Source: Chrysemys picta bellii
Lineage: Eukaryota
Reading direction: 5' to 3'
NCBI RefSeq assembly: GCF_011386835.1
Contig: NC_088797.1
Span: 29,388,001-29,452,000, forward strand
DNA: 64,000 nt
The notes below the pieces were generated by a model, which worked only from the letters and a program-made list of their open reading frames with translations, ran no database searches and was not told where the DNA came from. Positions 21,501 through 33,176 of the stretch are shown here, piece after piece; positions within the stretch are counted from its first letter, which is position 1, and every line of letters begins with the position of its first letter. A program made the position numbers and the translations under genes.

Positions 21501-24424
21501 CTAGGACTCCTGGGTTCTGTCCCCAGCTCTGGGAGGCGAGTGGGGTGTAGTGGTTAGAGTAGGGGTGGCTGGGAGCCAGGACTCCTGGGTTCTAAGAGTA
21601 GGATGGAGTCTAGGGGGTTGGGGCGGGGGGGAGCCAGGATGCCTGGGTTCTATTCCCAGTTCAGGAAGGGGAATGCGGTCTAGTGGGTTAGAGCTGGGGC
21701 GGGAGAGGAACCAGGACACCTGGGTTCTGTTACCAGCTCAGGGAGGGGAGTGGGGCCTAGTGGGTTAGAGCAGTGGGGCTGGGAGCCAGGACTCCTGGCT
21801 CTGGCCCATGTAACCCACTCCTACCCCGCAGACGCTGTGCTGGAACGGGCCCTACATCGTTGTGTGCTGAAGCCTCTCAAACCAGTGCTGGCATCACGGC
21901 TGCGCAGGCTACGCGTGGCAGATGGGTCCCTGGGCCAGCTCCAGGAGAACCTGCGGCTGGTGCGGGAGCGGGGCCCTGGTGCCTTCCCAGCACGGGCGAC
22001 CCTGCCTAGCCCCCATGACACCCAGCGGGCACAGCGCAAACTGCTGCAGCTTCTGCATGCCTATTCGCCCAGCACCCAGGTGACACTGCTGCTGCAGGCC
22101 TGCAAGGGTGTCTACCGAGCCATGGGGGCAGCCCCGGGTACGGATCCCTTCATCCCTTCCCCCCTCCCCTCCTTCGCCCACGTGATGCTGCTCCTGCAGG
22201 GCTGTAAAGGTGTCTGCAGAGCCATGGGGGGTCCCCCTAGCACAGCCTTCCCGCCCAGCCTAACCTGCATGTCCCCTCCCCCTCCGCTCTTCCTCGCCCA
22301 GCACCCAGGCCTAGGAGAGCATCTCTGCAGCCATAGATCTGTCCCCAAGTACAGACAACCCCCATATGGCCCCCTGTTCCCCAGCACCATTCCCATATCA
22401 CCCAGCCTGGCCCCCTCCCTCACCTCCAACCTACTCATTCCTACAACCTCCTGATCCTCCCCCCATCCCCATAACCGACCCCTGTGTCCCTCCCCCATCT
22501 CACATATCCACCCAGGGCCCCCCCACCCTCCCCAGTCCCCCCGCCTGTGCACCTCACCCCATGCCTCCCTGGATTCTGGGATCCCTCCCCCATCCCTGCC
22601 CAGCCTGTGCTCTCCATGCTGCCCACAGCCCCCTGTTGCTGGGAGCCCCCCTCCCCCAGCTTGTGCTCCCAATGCCGCATGCATCCCCTGCTGCCGGGAC
22701 CCCCCCTCCTGATCCCCCTATGTTCCTGCTACATCCCTGCCAGCACCCACTCACTTGTCCCCTCTTCCCCTCAGATGGGAGCTATGGGGCGGACGAGTTC
22801 TTGCCGGTTCTGAGCTTCATCCTGGCTCAGTGCGACCTGCCCCAGTTGCTCATGGAGGCTGAGTACATGATGGAGCTGATGGACCCCAGCCAGCTCCTGG
22901 GGGAAGGTAAGGGAGACCCCTAGGCCCTCCACTACCCTTTTTCCTTGTCCCCCTGAGCCAGTCAGTCCCTGGGGCCAGATCAGAGATGGTGCCCCCTAGA
23001 GGGGAAAATCCCTGAGTCCGTTTACTTCCCTAAATGGGAGGGACCCACCTAATCCTCTGAACGTGAGCTCTGCGATCCTGGGGTGTGTAAACAGGGGAAT
23101 CTCGACTAGGAGAAGGGAGGTTCTGTTACCTCCGTGTGTGGCGCTGGTGCGGCTGCTGCTGGAATCCCGCGTCCAGTCCTGGTGCTCACAATGCAAGAGG
23201 GATACTGGTAAATTGGAGGGCTCAGAGAAGAGCCACGAGCATGACTAAAGGCTCAGAGAACAGGCCTCAGAGTGAGAGACCCCAGGAGCTCGATCTGTTT
23301 AGTTTGACAGAGAAAAGGCTAAGAGTGATCCCAGTCCAAGTACCTACGTGGGGAACAGAAACGGGAGAGCAGACGGCTCCTCAGTCTAGCAGCCAAAGGT
23401 CTAGCAAGAGCCAAGGGCTGGAAGCTGAAGTTGGACAAATTCAGACTGGCAATAAGGTGCACCTTTGTAAGTGAAGGGAATTAATCAGGGGAACAACCTC
23501 CCACGGGCTGCATTCTCCCTCGCTGGCAGTGTCTAAAGCAGGGTGGGATGTTTTTCTGAGATCCGTGCTAGTTCCTCCAGGAATCAATTCAGGGCAGCCC
23601 TGTGCAGAGAGGGGGCCAGCCTAGAGAATCCCCATGGGCCCTTCTGGCCTGACAATCTACGCCCCATCCTCCCCCAGGGGGCTATTACCTGACCACTCTC
23701 CAGGCCAGCCTGGCCCTGCTGGGGCGTTTCCATGAAGAGGAGCCCATGGAGCTGCGCCCTGATGTCCAGAGAGCCCTGAGTTGGCGGCACCAGAGCCCCT
23801 CAGGGCGGCCCCCTGGGAGCCCATGCCAGGTACGTGGGGAGGTGCTCTGGGGGGAGTCATTGACGGGGACTCCCTGCTACCCACCCAGTCCCTGCCCCCT
23901 CCCCTCCCTGCTATCCACCCAACTCCCGACCCCTCCTGACCCCTCCCCTGTCTACTCTCCGCTCCATCCCTACCCTCTTCCTTACCCCTCCCCACTGCCT
24001 GCACAGTCCCCCCATCACCCCTCACGCCTGCTCAGTCCCTATCCCCCATGTCACCCCATCTGCCTCAGTGCCCACTCAGTCCCTGCCCCCATCCCAATTG
24101 ATCCCTGCCACTCTTAGTCCCTCCCCCCGCCACATGCCCACTAAGTCCCTGACTTGCTCTGCCTTCCAGGACCCACCGCCTGAGAAAACCCAGGCCCCCT
24201 GCAGTGGGTGCCACTCCACCACACCTGCGCTGGGAGCCCAGGGGACGGTGGAGCAGCTACAGAGGCACCCCACAGACAACAGTCTCCCCCTGCACCCTGA
24301 GGGCCAGCACCAGCCCCAGGAGCACCCGGCCCAGTACCGCCACCCCGGGGAGATGGGACCTGGGCCGGGAACCCCACACAGGCTGCTCCGCGAAGCGGCT
24401 GTCGACCTGGATGAACCCCTCTGA
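18586..24424 (+). CDS. RIN1: Ras and Rab interactor 1 (SH2, RH, VPS9). Exons 18586-18611, 18796-18979, 19342-19456, 19657-19729, 20051-20142, 20598-21401, 21832-22137, 22775-22906, 23678-23829, 24170-24424; about 712 aa. Start codon and last exon are uncertain.
   Basis: Motifs PVYDVP, SLLDRLLLTQSVWLQL, TFLVRRSNT, SHKELEAISHLGLEFWSSSLN, KRSIKVRVSTETSSPLSPP, LRSMSDA, GADEFLPVLS and GEGGYYLTTLQASL match RIN1. All junctions are GT-AG and in phase (2139 nt). The gene is syntenic with BRMS1. Confidence 0.88.
21425..21800 (+). repeat. Tandem array (about 5 x 73 bp) of a MIR/tRNA-head-like unit
   Basis: Unit ggactcctgggttctatcccagctctgggaggggagtggggtctagtggttagagcagggggctgggagcca; many more copies occur across the window. 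Confidence 0.8.
23050..23610 (+). mobile_element. Degenerate CR1 LINE RT C-terminal fragment in a RIN1 intron
   Basis: Contains the CR1 ORF2-end signatures cctgggg-tgtgtaaacagggg, gtccagtcctggtgc and gggctggaagctgaagttggacaaattcagactgg. Confidence 0.75.
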
Positions 24425-25649
24425 CCTGGGATGCCTGGTTCTGTCCCAGCTCTAGGAGGGGAGTGGGGTCTAATAGGTTAGAGCAGGAGGGCTGGGAGTG
24501 AGGTCTCCTGGGTTCTAGTCCAAGCTCTGCTGTGACTGGCTTTATGACCACTTCCCTCTTGGTGCCTCAGTTTCCCCCTTATGTAAAACAGGGTGAATAA
24601 GACCTGCAGCAGTGTGGAAGGGATGTCTGTCCCAGGTAGCCCCTCCCTGTTCCACTCTCGGGGGGAGGGGATTCTGGGGGAGCCTTTTCCTCACTCTGGG
24701 GGTGGGGCAGGGAGTATCAGCTTGTGACAATCACTCCTGACTTGAATAAGAGTCCGTTAAATGCCAAAAGAGAGAGCAAGAGAGAGAGAGAGGGAGATTC
24801 TTTCTCTAGTGACACAGATGATCAATGTACATACATCAGGGGGATTTGCTGGCACAAAAACCTCTTCTGCTGATGGTATTTTTGTAGGGCCTACTTTATT
24901 AAATATTTTTTGGGGGGGGGAATTAATTTTTATTTTTTATTCTCCCAAAAGCGACATGGCTGGTTTGTCCGAGCCCTCAAATTTACAATTTGTTCATATA
25001 TTACAAGAAAAGGAGTTCTGTAACAAAATGCTCTTGTATCAATATTATTGTAGGGCCTACTTTATTTACTATTTGTAAAAAAGATTTACTTTGTTTGAAG
25101 AGTGGCATTCTTTGTTTTTAACTCGAGTCTGTTTTTTTTATTTTCTGAAATTCCATATGTTTTTGATAAATACAAACACAAAACTCTCCTGTTGATATTA
25201 TTGTAGGGTCTGCTTTGTTGGCCGAACAACGTCCAATCTGTTTAGCTGTCTCTATCTGTAACAAGATAACTTTTGAACACTGTGTACAATCAATTCCAAC
25301 GTTTCCAGGAACATTCTAGGCATCAATGGGCAAGAGCCGATGGATGTTGGTGAAAATCAGATAAACCAAAAGGGGAAAATGGGAGGCCCCTGGAACTCCA
25401 GCATCTGATAGCAGAGCCATGGCTTCAAGTCCCTCTGCTGCTGACAACGATTAACACCTTCCAGCACAACACCCCCCATCATCTCAGCTCTGCCCAGCCT
25501 TCAGGTGGAGTTTGAGACGTTGACACCCTGTGTGACTGAGTTCCTGGACAGACAGAGAAGAAATGAAAATGGTGGGAGAGGAGGAGGGACAGACAGTGCC
25601 CCTGGCATGGGTGGAAATAAGGGGGCTCTGGTGTGAGGGGAAGGCAGAC

Positions 25650-25960
25650 AGACAGACCCCTTGGCAGGGAGGAGAATGGGGGCCCCTGGTATGGAGGGAA
25701 GGGGGAGCTGACAGACCCATGGCAGGGGAAAGGGGGAGCTGACAGAGCCCATGGTGGGACGGGAATGGGGGCCCCTGGTATGGGGAAAGGGAGAGCTGAC
25801 AGAACCCGTGATGGGGGGGAAGGGGAACCCCTGCTGTGGGGGGAGGGGGAACTGACAGAGCCCATGGTGGGGGGGGGAAATGGGGGCCCCTGGTATGGGG
25901 GAGGGAGGGCAGACAGCCCCTGGCAAGGAGGAGCTTGGGGGAGGGGCAGGGAACCCCTGA
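25650..25960 (+). repeat. G-rich degenerate minisatellite
   Basis: Repeated gggggcccctggtatgg..gggagctgacagag-cccatgg units. Confidence 0.7.
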
Positions 25961-27826
25961 ACGAGAGGGGAATGGAGGGTGGCACCCAGGCAGCTGGGGA
26001 CGGGGGAAGGAGGGATGCCAGGAACCCTGGTGGGGGCGATGAGCTCGGCCGACACCAGCTGTGAAGCGGGCGCCCTGGCGGGTTTCACTGCGGTTTTCCC
26101 CCAAGGCACCATGCCCAGCTCTGTCTGTGGCTGGACACCGAGGCTCTACGCCCAGCTCCCCGGCCTGTGGCGGCCTGCCTGTCGGGCGAGGGCCTTGCAG
26201 CAATGGCACAGCCTCAGGGACGTGCCTAGCACCCGGGGACAGAACCCCAGTGGGAGGGAAATCAGGCCCATCTGGCGGGGTAGGCAGAATGGGGACACTG
26301 GTGCCCCCTGCTTAGCACATCACAGGCAGCAGCTGCTGCACTGAGTGGGGCACTGGCCTGGAGTCCGGCAGCACGTGAGGCTTTTGAGGGGAAGTAGGGC
26401 TCCGGGGGGCGAGGAGGAGTGTGGGGATGGGAGAGGCAGCCAGGACTGGAGGGATGGGCCCCACTGACTGCAGGGAGCTGGCACAGGCTATGGGGCCAGG
26501 TCCCCCTGGCCTGAGCACTGCCCCCACTTTGGAGACAGACAAGTCATGAGTCATGGGCTGACTCCTAGCCAAAGGGCCCTGAGTCATCACTCCACTGTCC
26601 TAGAGCCCAGCCCCAGACATGAGTTCAGAGCGGTTCTCTCAGGTATCCCAGTGCTCCCGGGACAGGGACTCTCATGCTCCCCATATGCCCTGTTACTCCG
26701 ATCCCGGGGCCCTTCTCCTAATCCACACAGTGTCCCACAGTGGCCCAGTTGGGATCCCTGGGGCCCATCTAGGGGACACGTCCTCGGGTGCTGAGCTCTC
26801 TGAGGGCTAGGCCAGGCCCCCGCCCTCCTTCCTGGGATAAGGATATATTTGGAGTCAGATCCTTTCCCTGTGGGCTGTATCTGAACACTTCTATGGCCAG
26901 GCTGAGGAGTCTCTCATGAGCTACTGCGGGGCCTGGCACAAGGCGGGGTTACTGCCGGAAGGCTGGCTGAAGGCCTCAGCCCCTGCCAAGCCACGCCAGA
27001 TGGAGTCTAGGGCTGCCGGCGTGGACTTGGCTCACGACCGATACGTCCGTCCTCTTCACTCCACAAATGATGGGACCCTGCTGGGCCACGCAGCCTCTTG
27101 CCCTTTTGTGATGCCACCTGCCAAACTGCATCTATGCTGCATGCAAGCTCAGCTGGGGACAGCCTGCAGCCCAGACTGGATGGGAGCACTCCTACCCAGG
27201 GTTCCCTCCTCTCCCAACTGGGGAAGCACCTGGCTGCAGTTTGGGTAGGAGTCCCCTTCGCCCCAGCCCTTCCGACAGGAACAATATTGCTGGAGGCATC
27301 TGTGCTCGATTGGGGAGCCCACCTGGACCATCACGTAGTTCAGGGCAAGAAGAGTTGCTCTGATGGATCTCAGAGCAGGGCACAATGCGAGGATGTTCTC
27401 CAGACCGGCCATTCCAACCGGTCCGTTCCTATCACCACAGACAATATGACCATGCTATAAACGAGCAGGGGGAGGGAGCTCCTCTCTTTCCCGTCCCCAT
27501 GGTCACAACAGATGTCGATCCACCCACCCCATTGCTTCCCAGAGTACTAGGACACAGCAAACAGGACACCGTGCTAGTTCTCCTACTGGCACCCACGTGG
27601 CCGAGGCAATAGTGGTTCCAAGATCCTCTTGGTTTGTCCACTTGTTGTCCCATCCCATTCCCTCTGCTGCCAGGGCTCCTCTCACAGAACAAGAGAAGGG
27701 CTCGTTCCCCCGAGCTGTCCTCCCTCCACCTGACCACTTGTTTCTTGGCTGGGTGTCCGAGCTAGAAACAATAGGCAGCGCACAAACAGGGACACAAAGT
27801 CTCTTGCTCAGCAATAGAAAGGACTG

Positions 27827-28143
27827 CATAAGAATGGGCCACACTGGGTCAGACCAATGGTCCATCTAGCCCAGTATCCCGTCTCTGATAGGGGCCAGTG
27901 CCAGATGTGTCAGTGGGAATGAAAAGAACAGGGCAATTATCAAGTGATCCGTCCCCTGTCGCCTAGTCCAGCTTCTGGCAAACAGAGGGTTAGAGACACC
28001 CATGTGATGGGGCTGTGTCCCTGACCTTCTTGACTAATAGCCACTAATAGATCTATCTTCCATGAACTTACCTATTTCTTTTTTGAACCCAGATATCCTT
28101 TTGGCCTTCACAACATCCCCTGACAATGAGTTCCACAGGCTGA
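27827..28143 (-). mobile_element. CR1 LINE 3' fragment inserted in the DIRS element
   Basis: cataagaatgggccacactgggtcagaccaatggtcc...ggccttcacaacatcccctgacaatgagttccacagg is the reverse complement of a CR1 RT end and 3'UTR. Confidence 0.8.
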
Positions 28144-28250
28144 TTCCATGAGGAAAGTGGGCAGCTCCAAGTGGAAAGGATCCATGGCTTGGCGGGACCA
28201 GCTCGAGCTTGTACTGGGGCAGTCTCGCGTAGCTGACAGTCTGGACTCTA

Positions 28251-29053
28251 GTATCAGAGGGGTACCCGTGTTAGTCTGAATCTGTAAAAAGTAACAGAGG
28301 GTCCTGTGCACCTTTAAAACTAACAGAAGTATTGGGAGCATAAGCTTTCGTGGGTAAGAACCTCACTTCTTCAGATGCAAGTAATGGAAATCTCCAGAGG
28401 CAGGTATAAATCAGTAGGGAGATAACGAGGTTAGTTCAATCAGGGAGGGTGAGGTGCTCTGCTACCAGTTGAGGTGTGAACACCAAGGGAGGAGAAACTG
28501 CTTCTGTAGTTGGATAGCCATTCACAGTCTTTGTTTAATCCTGATCTGATGGTGTCAAATTTGCAAATGAACTGGAGCTCAGCAGTTTCTCTTTGGAGTC
28601 TGGTCCTGAAGTTTTTTTGCTGTAAGATGGCTACCTTTACATCTGCTATTGTGTGGCCAGGGAGGTTGAAGTGTTCTCCTACAGGTTTTTGTATATTGCC
28701 ATTCCTGATATCTGACTTGTGTCCATTTATCCTCTTGCGTAGTGACTGTCCAGTTTGGCCAATGTACATAGCAGAGGGGCATTGCTGGCATAGGATGGCA
28801 TATATAACATTGGTGGACGTGCAGGTGAATGAGCCGGTGATGTTGTAGCTGATCTGGTTAGGTCCTGTGATGGTGTTGCTGGTGTAGATATGTGGGCAGA
28901 GTTGGCATCGAGGTTTGTTGCATGGGTTGGTTCCTGAGTTAGAGTTGTTATGGTGCGGTGCGTGGTTGCTGGTGAAAATATGCTTAAGGTTGGCAGGTTG
29001 TCTGTGGGCGAGGACTGGCCTGCCTCCCAAGGTCTGTGAAAGTGAGGGATCAT
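28251..29053 (-). mobile_element. 5'-truncated Penelope-like element with GIY-YIG endonuclease
   Basis: The minus-strand ORF NVIYAILCQQCPSAMYIGQTGQSLRKRINGHKSDIR...VGEHFNLPGH...RETAELQFICKFDT..GLNKD is a Penelope-type GIY-YIG domain. The terminal sequence gtatcagagggg..cgtgttagtctg..cataagctttcgtggg is of the turtle type. Confidence 0.9.
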
Positions 29054-31334
29054 TTCCCTGGGCAGCGATTAGTGCCCCCCAGCCCCATGTAGACAGTTTG
29101 TCGGTATTCTTCCACCATACCAACTCCCCATTTCCCTGGGAGTATTTCCACCTGGAGTGGAACCTGCCCCAGTCTGGGACCTCAGTGCAGTGTGAACCGG
29201 TCTGATGAGATCACTCTTTGAACCATGCTCTTTTCTTCACTGACCCAGGAAAGCCCCCTGTCCTGCAGCAATAACATCAGCAGGAATGGTGGGGGGACTA
29301 GGGGCTCTTACAGCTGACCCTCCTTATACAGTTTTGTTCCCAGACAAGGAGTCGCTCAGGCCACACCCTAAGTTCATACCCAGAATTGTGTCTGAATGCC
29401 ATCGATCCCATTCACGCCATCCATTTACCCAAGTGTCACACGAGGGCCTGCCCCTTTAAGGCCCAGGAGGCCTTGGACCAGTTGGCCCTGTTCAGTTAGC
29501 TGCAGCCTGCTGGGTGTGGGCCTTAAGAGGAAAGAAGCCCAGCAGAGCAGAGTGGAGTGTAAGGTGAGGGGGGGAAGGTGTCTGGGTGTGGCTGCTTGGG
29601 AGGGGCTGTGGGGGCAGATGGGAAGCATGGCTGGCCTGGAAGCTGAGCACAGCAGGTGTATGTGAATTAGAGGAAAGAGGACAGATCCCTTGGGAAGGAA
29701 GGAGTGGATCCAGTTGGGAACTGGGGCAAAGACTCATTGGGAGGGTTGTTGATTCCCAAGATAGGGTGGATGTCTGTTAATGAGTTAGCTGGAGGGCCAC
29801 ATCACTGCAGCCTGTCATCCCTATGGCAGGAGTAGGCTGAAGATTGTTGTGGGGAAACTGAGGCAGAGTGTGCTGCCATGCAGGGCTTCGCTGTGAGGGA
29901 CTGCTCTGCGGTGGTGAGTCTTGTACTGCTGTGTGGTATCTGAAACGTCACAGAAACGGGGGAGGCCAAGAAACACACGTCATGGATTTGGAGACCTTTA
30001 GCCTTTTCCCCCCAGACACAAAACCATGCGGCCCTCCCTGAGCCAGTCTGTCTCGTTGGCTGGGGGAATGGCAGGTGCTGTGGTCTGAGCTGCAGCTGAC
30101 GTGTCTTGAGGCTGCCACACAAGATCCCCCAAGCACGGTTAGAGCTCATTTGACAAGGGCTCAAGGTGTCCTTCGTGGGCCACCTGAGGAGCGTTCCTGG
30201 AGCTGAGCCACCACATGTGGTTCTATCCATACCCTTCCCGGGTACTGCAGATGGGGCAGGCGATTCTCCTGTGGGTGGCAGGCAGGGCTCGGAGCCCTGC
30301 TCGGGAGGCCCCTGGAATGTAGCATGCATTGGGACAAGCACTGGAGGAAGATAGGGCAGTTATCTGCAGTGGCAGGGATTCTTTGCAATGTGTTGGCCCT
30401 GTGTCTGTTCCACATCCTGCCCCCCTTCCCCTCTGCTGTGGAGCCTGCTGTCTGCTCTGGGAGCCCTGCTGGTGAAGGCACTGGTCCACTCCACCTCCTC
30501 GAAATGGAGCATGGGGTAGTTGGGGTGCAGGTGTGGACCAGAGGGGCGCTGCTGGCAAAAATATCTGCTCTGGGAGGACTGTGGCACCGGGCACCTCTAG
30601 TGGAATACGCCCGGGGCAGCACTTCTCAAAAGCCCATCGCTGCTGTCCAAGGAAGGAACCTTTCTATGGCTTCCCTAAGGTCCTGGTGGTAGGTACGGCA
30701 ATGTAAGAGCCAGTCAGCGCACACACGGGGTCCGGCTGGAGCACTCCCGGTCTCGTTTCAGCACCAGGATACTTCCTGCCCCTGGTGAGGGTGCAGCTGT
30801 ACCAGGATACAGGATAGCTGTACACAAGGGGAATAGGATAAGTGGGGTTAAAGCACCGTTATCCTGGGATAACAGGATCCACCTGAGGGGCTGTCCTGGG
30901 ATAACTGTGTCACTACAAAATCAACCTCTGTGTGCGCCCCCACTCCCAACATTGTTCTACTGAGGAAATCCACTGTGTGAAGCGCCGGGCCTAAAGAAAT
31001 CCTGGAGTGGTTTGGTGCCAGAAAGACATGGTCATGGTCTGTGCCCCTGAGCCAGTCCCCTGCCCTGGGGCTGGATTGGAGCTGGTGCCCCCACGGGAAA
31101 AGGCCCATATCTCATTCCCTGCCCTCCTGAGCCAGCCGGTGGGAACCGGCACCCAAAAGACATTAATTGAAATGTTAAATTCATCATTGAATCAACTGAA
31201 TAGAGTCCAGGTGTAGTGCTGCGATCACGCCTGCAGGGGGCAACATCACTCCATCCGTATCCTTAAACAGGGATTGTAACTCAGTTATGAATTTGGAGTG
31301 TTGTAAGGACAGCCCAGGTCTGGGACAGCAGAGG

Positions 31335-31605
31335 CTGTGGGGTGGGATTGAGGGGCTCTGGCGGAGCTGAGGGGGGAGCCCAGGGCTGGGATTGAGGGGC
31401 TCTGGCGGATCTGAGGGGGAAGCCCAGGGCTGGGATTGAGGGGCTCTGGCGGAGCTGAGGGGGGAGCCCAGGGCTGGGATTGAGGGGCTCTGGCGGAGCT
31501 GAGGGGGGAGCCCAGGGCTGGGATTGAGGGGCTCTGGCGGATCTGAGGGGGAAGCCCAGGTCTGGGATTGAGGGGCTCTGGCGGAGCTGAGGGGGAAGCC
31601 CAGGG
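31335..31605 (+). repeat. 44-bp minisatellite, about 6 copies
   Basis: Unit ggctgggattgaggggctctggcggagctgaggggggagcccag. Confidence 0.9.
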
Positions 31606-33027
31606 CAAAAGGCAGTGGGTCAGGATGAGAGTGGGGAGCCCAGGGCTGGGATACAGAGGGGCTGCAAGCTGGACTGGAAGAGCATCGGCAGAGCTGTGTG
31701 CATTGGGCCAGGCTGCAGGATCTTTGGCAGCACCGGCTACAGCAGCTGACGCCCTGTGACTGGCCCAGTTCTATCCCTGGGCACTGACCCCTGTCCCCGT
31801 CCCACCCACCCTCGTGCTCCGGCCCCAATTCCCTGCCCTTGCGTCAGCCTGTCCATGGGCCAGCGGGGCCGGGAGCAGCTGGGGCTGCTGTGAGCTCATG
31901 TGGGGAGAGTGTGGAGCTCTTCCCCACCCCTGATTGCTGCACTTCCCCTGCACCATGGGGCCTTTCCCCTCTGGCACCAGCTCCCATCCAGCCCAGGCCG
32001 GGGGGGGGAGGGGGACAGGACTGGCTGGCTGGCTGGCTCAGGGGGGTGGGAAATGGCACATGGGGCCTTTTCCTTCTAGTTCATTTGCCCCATAAGAGGT
32101 AAGTTTGCCAGGTCACAGCCTGGTCCCTAGCAAGGCAGGATCTGCCCTCCACAGGGGCAGTAGCACCCTTGTGCCTCCTGGAGTGGACCCTGCATGGCTG
32201 GGGAGTGGGGAGAGGGTGACTGAGGGGTGGGGAGGGCTGTGGGGGGGTTGCTCTGAGCAGGTGAGACTAGGGCACGTTGGGTGGACAGGGTTCCTGCAGG
32301 GCGGGGAGGGGGCACATTAGATTGGGGGAGAGGCTATGAGTGTTAGGGGATCTTCTGTGCGTTTAGGGATGTGGGGTTCCTGCAGATGTGCTGGGGGGCA
32401 GGTTTCCTGCCAGTGGGGTATGTGGGCTGTGGGGGAAGATGCTCTGTGTATGTCTCTCCTCCATGGGGACATACACAGAGCTATGAGGAGGGGTGGGTGT
32501 TTTGGTGAGTGGCAGCTGTGTGGGAGAGGAGCTCTGTGTCCTCCCCCCGTCACTCCCTGCTGGCTGTTGGGCTCTGGGTTTGCTCCAGGCTGAGCCAGCA
32601 CCGCCCAGGCCCAGCAGACGCTGTGTGAACCCTGAGGCCCCACCCTGCATGGCGGTCTGGGGGGGGGGGGATGAGCTCATCCAATGGGGGCTTGGAATAG
32701 CACATGCTGTTTGTCCTGTCCTGGAGCAGTGGGGGGGGGGGGGGGCAGCACTCAAAAGGACGCTGCCAGAGGGACTATGGCCCTGAGACACCCCCACTCC
32801 ACCGGGGAAAGTAATGTCCCTGCTCCCAGCCAGGCCCTCACTCAAAGCAGAGACAGGCCCAGGTGTCCTCTGAGTGGACGAGCTCAAAGTTAAATAGTGA
32901 GTCCCCACCCCACTCCCACAGGGGGGGCTCTCGCCTAGTAGTCAGGGCTGATCCTCGGGCCTCAGGACAGTGCTGGGGGCTGCTGCACTGCAGGACTGGG
33001 GTTTGTGCAAGTATCCCACCTCTGTTG

Positions 33028-33176
33028 GGGAGGGATAGCTCAGTGGTTTGACCATTGGCAGGTTGTGAGTTCAATCCTTGAAGGGAACTGGGGTAAAAAT
33101 CTGTCTGGGGATTGGTCCTGCTTTGAGCAGGGGGTTGGACTAGATGACCTCCTGAGGTCCCTTCCAATTCTATGAT
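33028..33176 (+). mobile_element. Tortoise-type Pol III SINE (tRNA-derived head plus CR1 tail)
   Basis: The head gggagggatagctcagtggtttga...gttgtgagttcaatccttga is joined to the CR1 3' end ggttggactagatgacctcctgaggtcccttccaa..ttctatgat. Confidence 0.85.

Larger units (their letters stand above)
26880..29420 (+). mobile_element. Decayed DIRS (tyrosine-recombinase) retrotransposon: RT end, RNase H, MT-like region and YR, interrupted by CR1 and Penelope
   Basis: Frameshifted peptides LLGHAASCPFVMPPAKLHL, GVPFAPALPTGTILLEASVLDWGAHL, TDNMTML/INEQG, PPTPLLPRVL..VLLLAPTWPRQ*WF, LSSLHLTTCFLAG, LLLSNRK, SKWKG, AAISAPQPHVDSLSVFFH, WDLSAV*TGLM..FEP and AITSAG..ALTADPPYTVLFPDKESLRPHPKFIPRIVS follow vertebrate DIRS1 ORFs in collinear order. 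Confidence 0.8.

Noticed and set aside
30300-30800. Protein-like peptides on the minus strand (WLLHCRTYHQDLREAIERFLPW; HPNYPMLHFEEVEW)
   Set aside because: The frames are interrupted by stops and I recognise no family; tblastx would be needed.
33028-33085. tRNA-like sequence
   Set aside because: It is the head of a SINE, with a deleted anticodon region and a fused CR1 tail.
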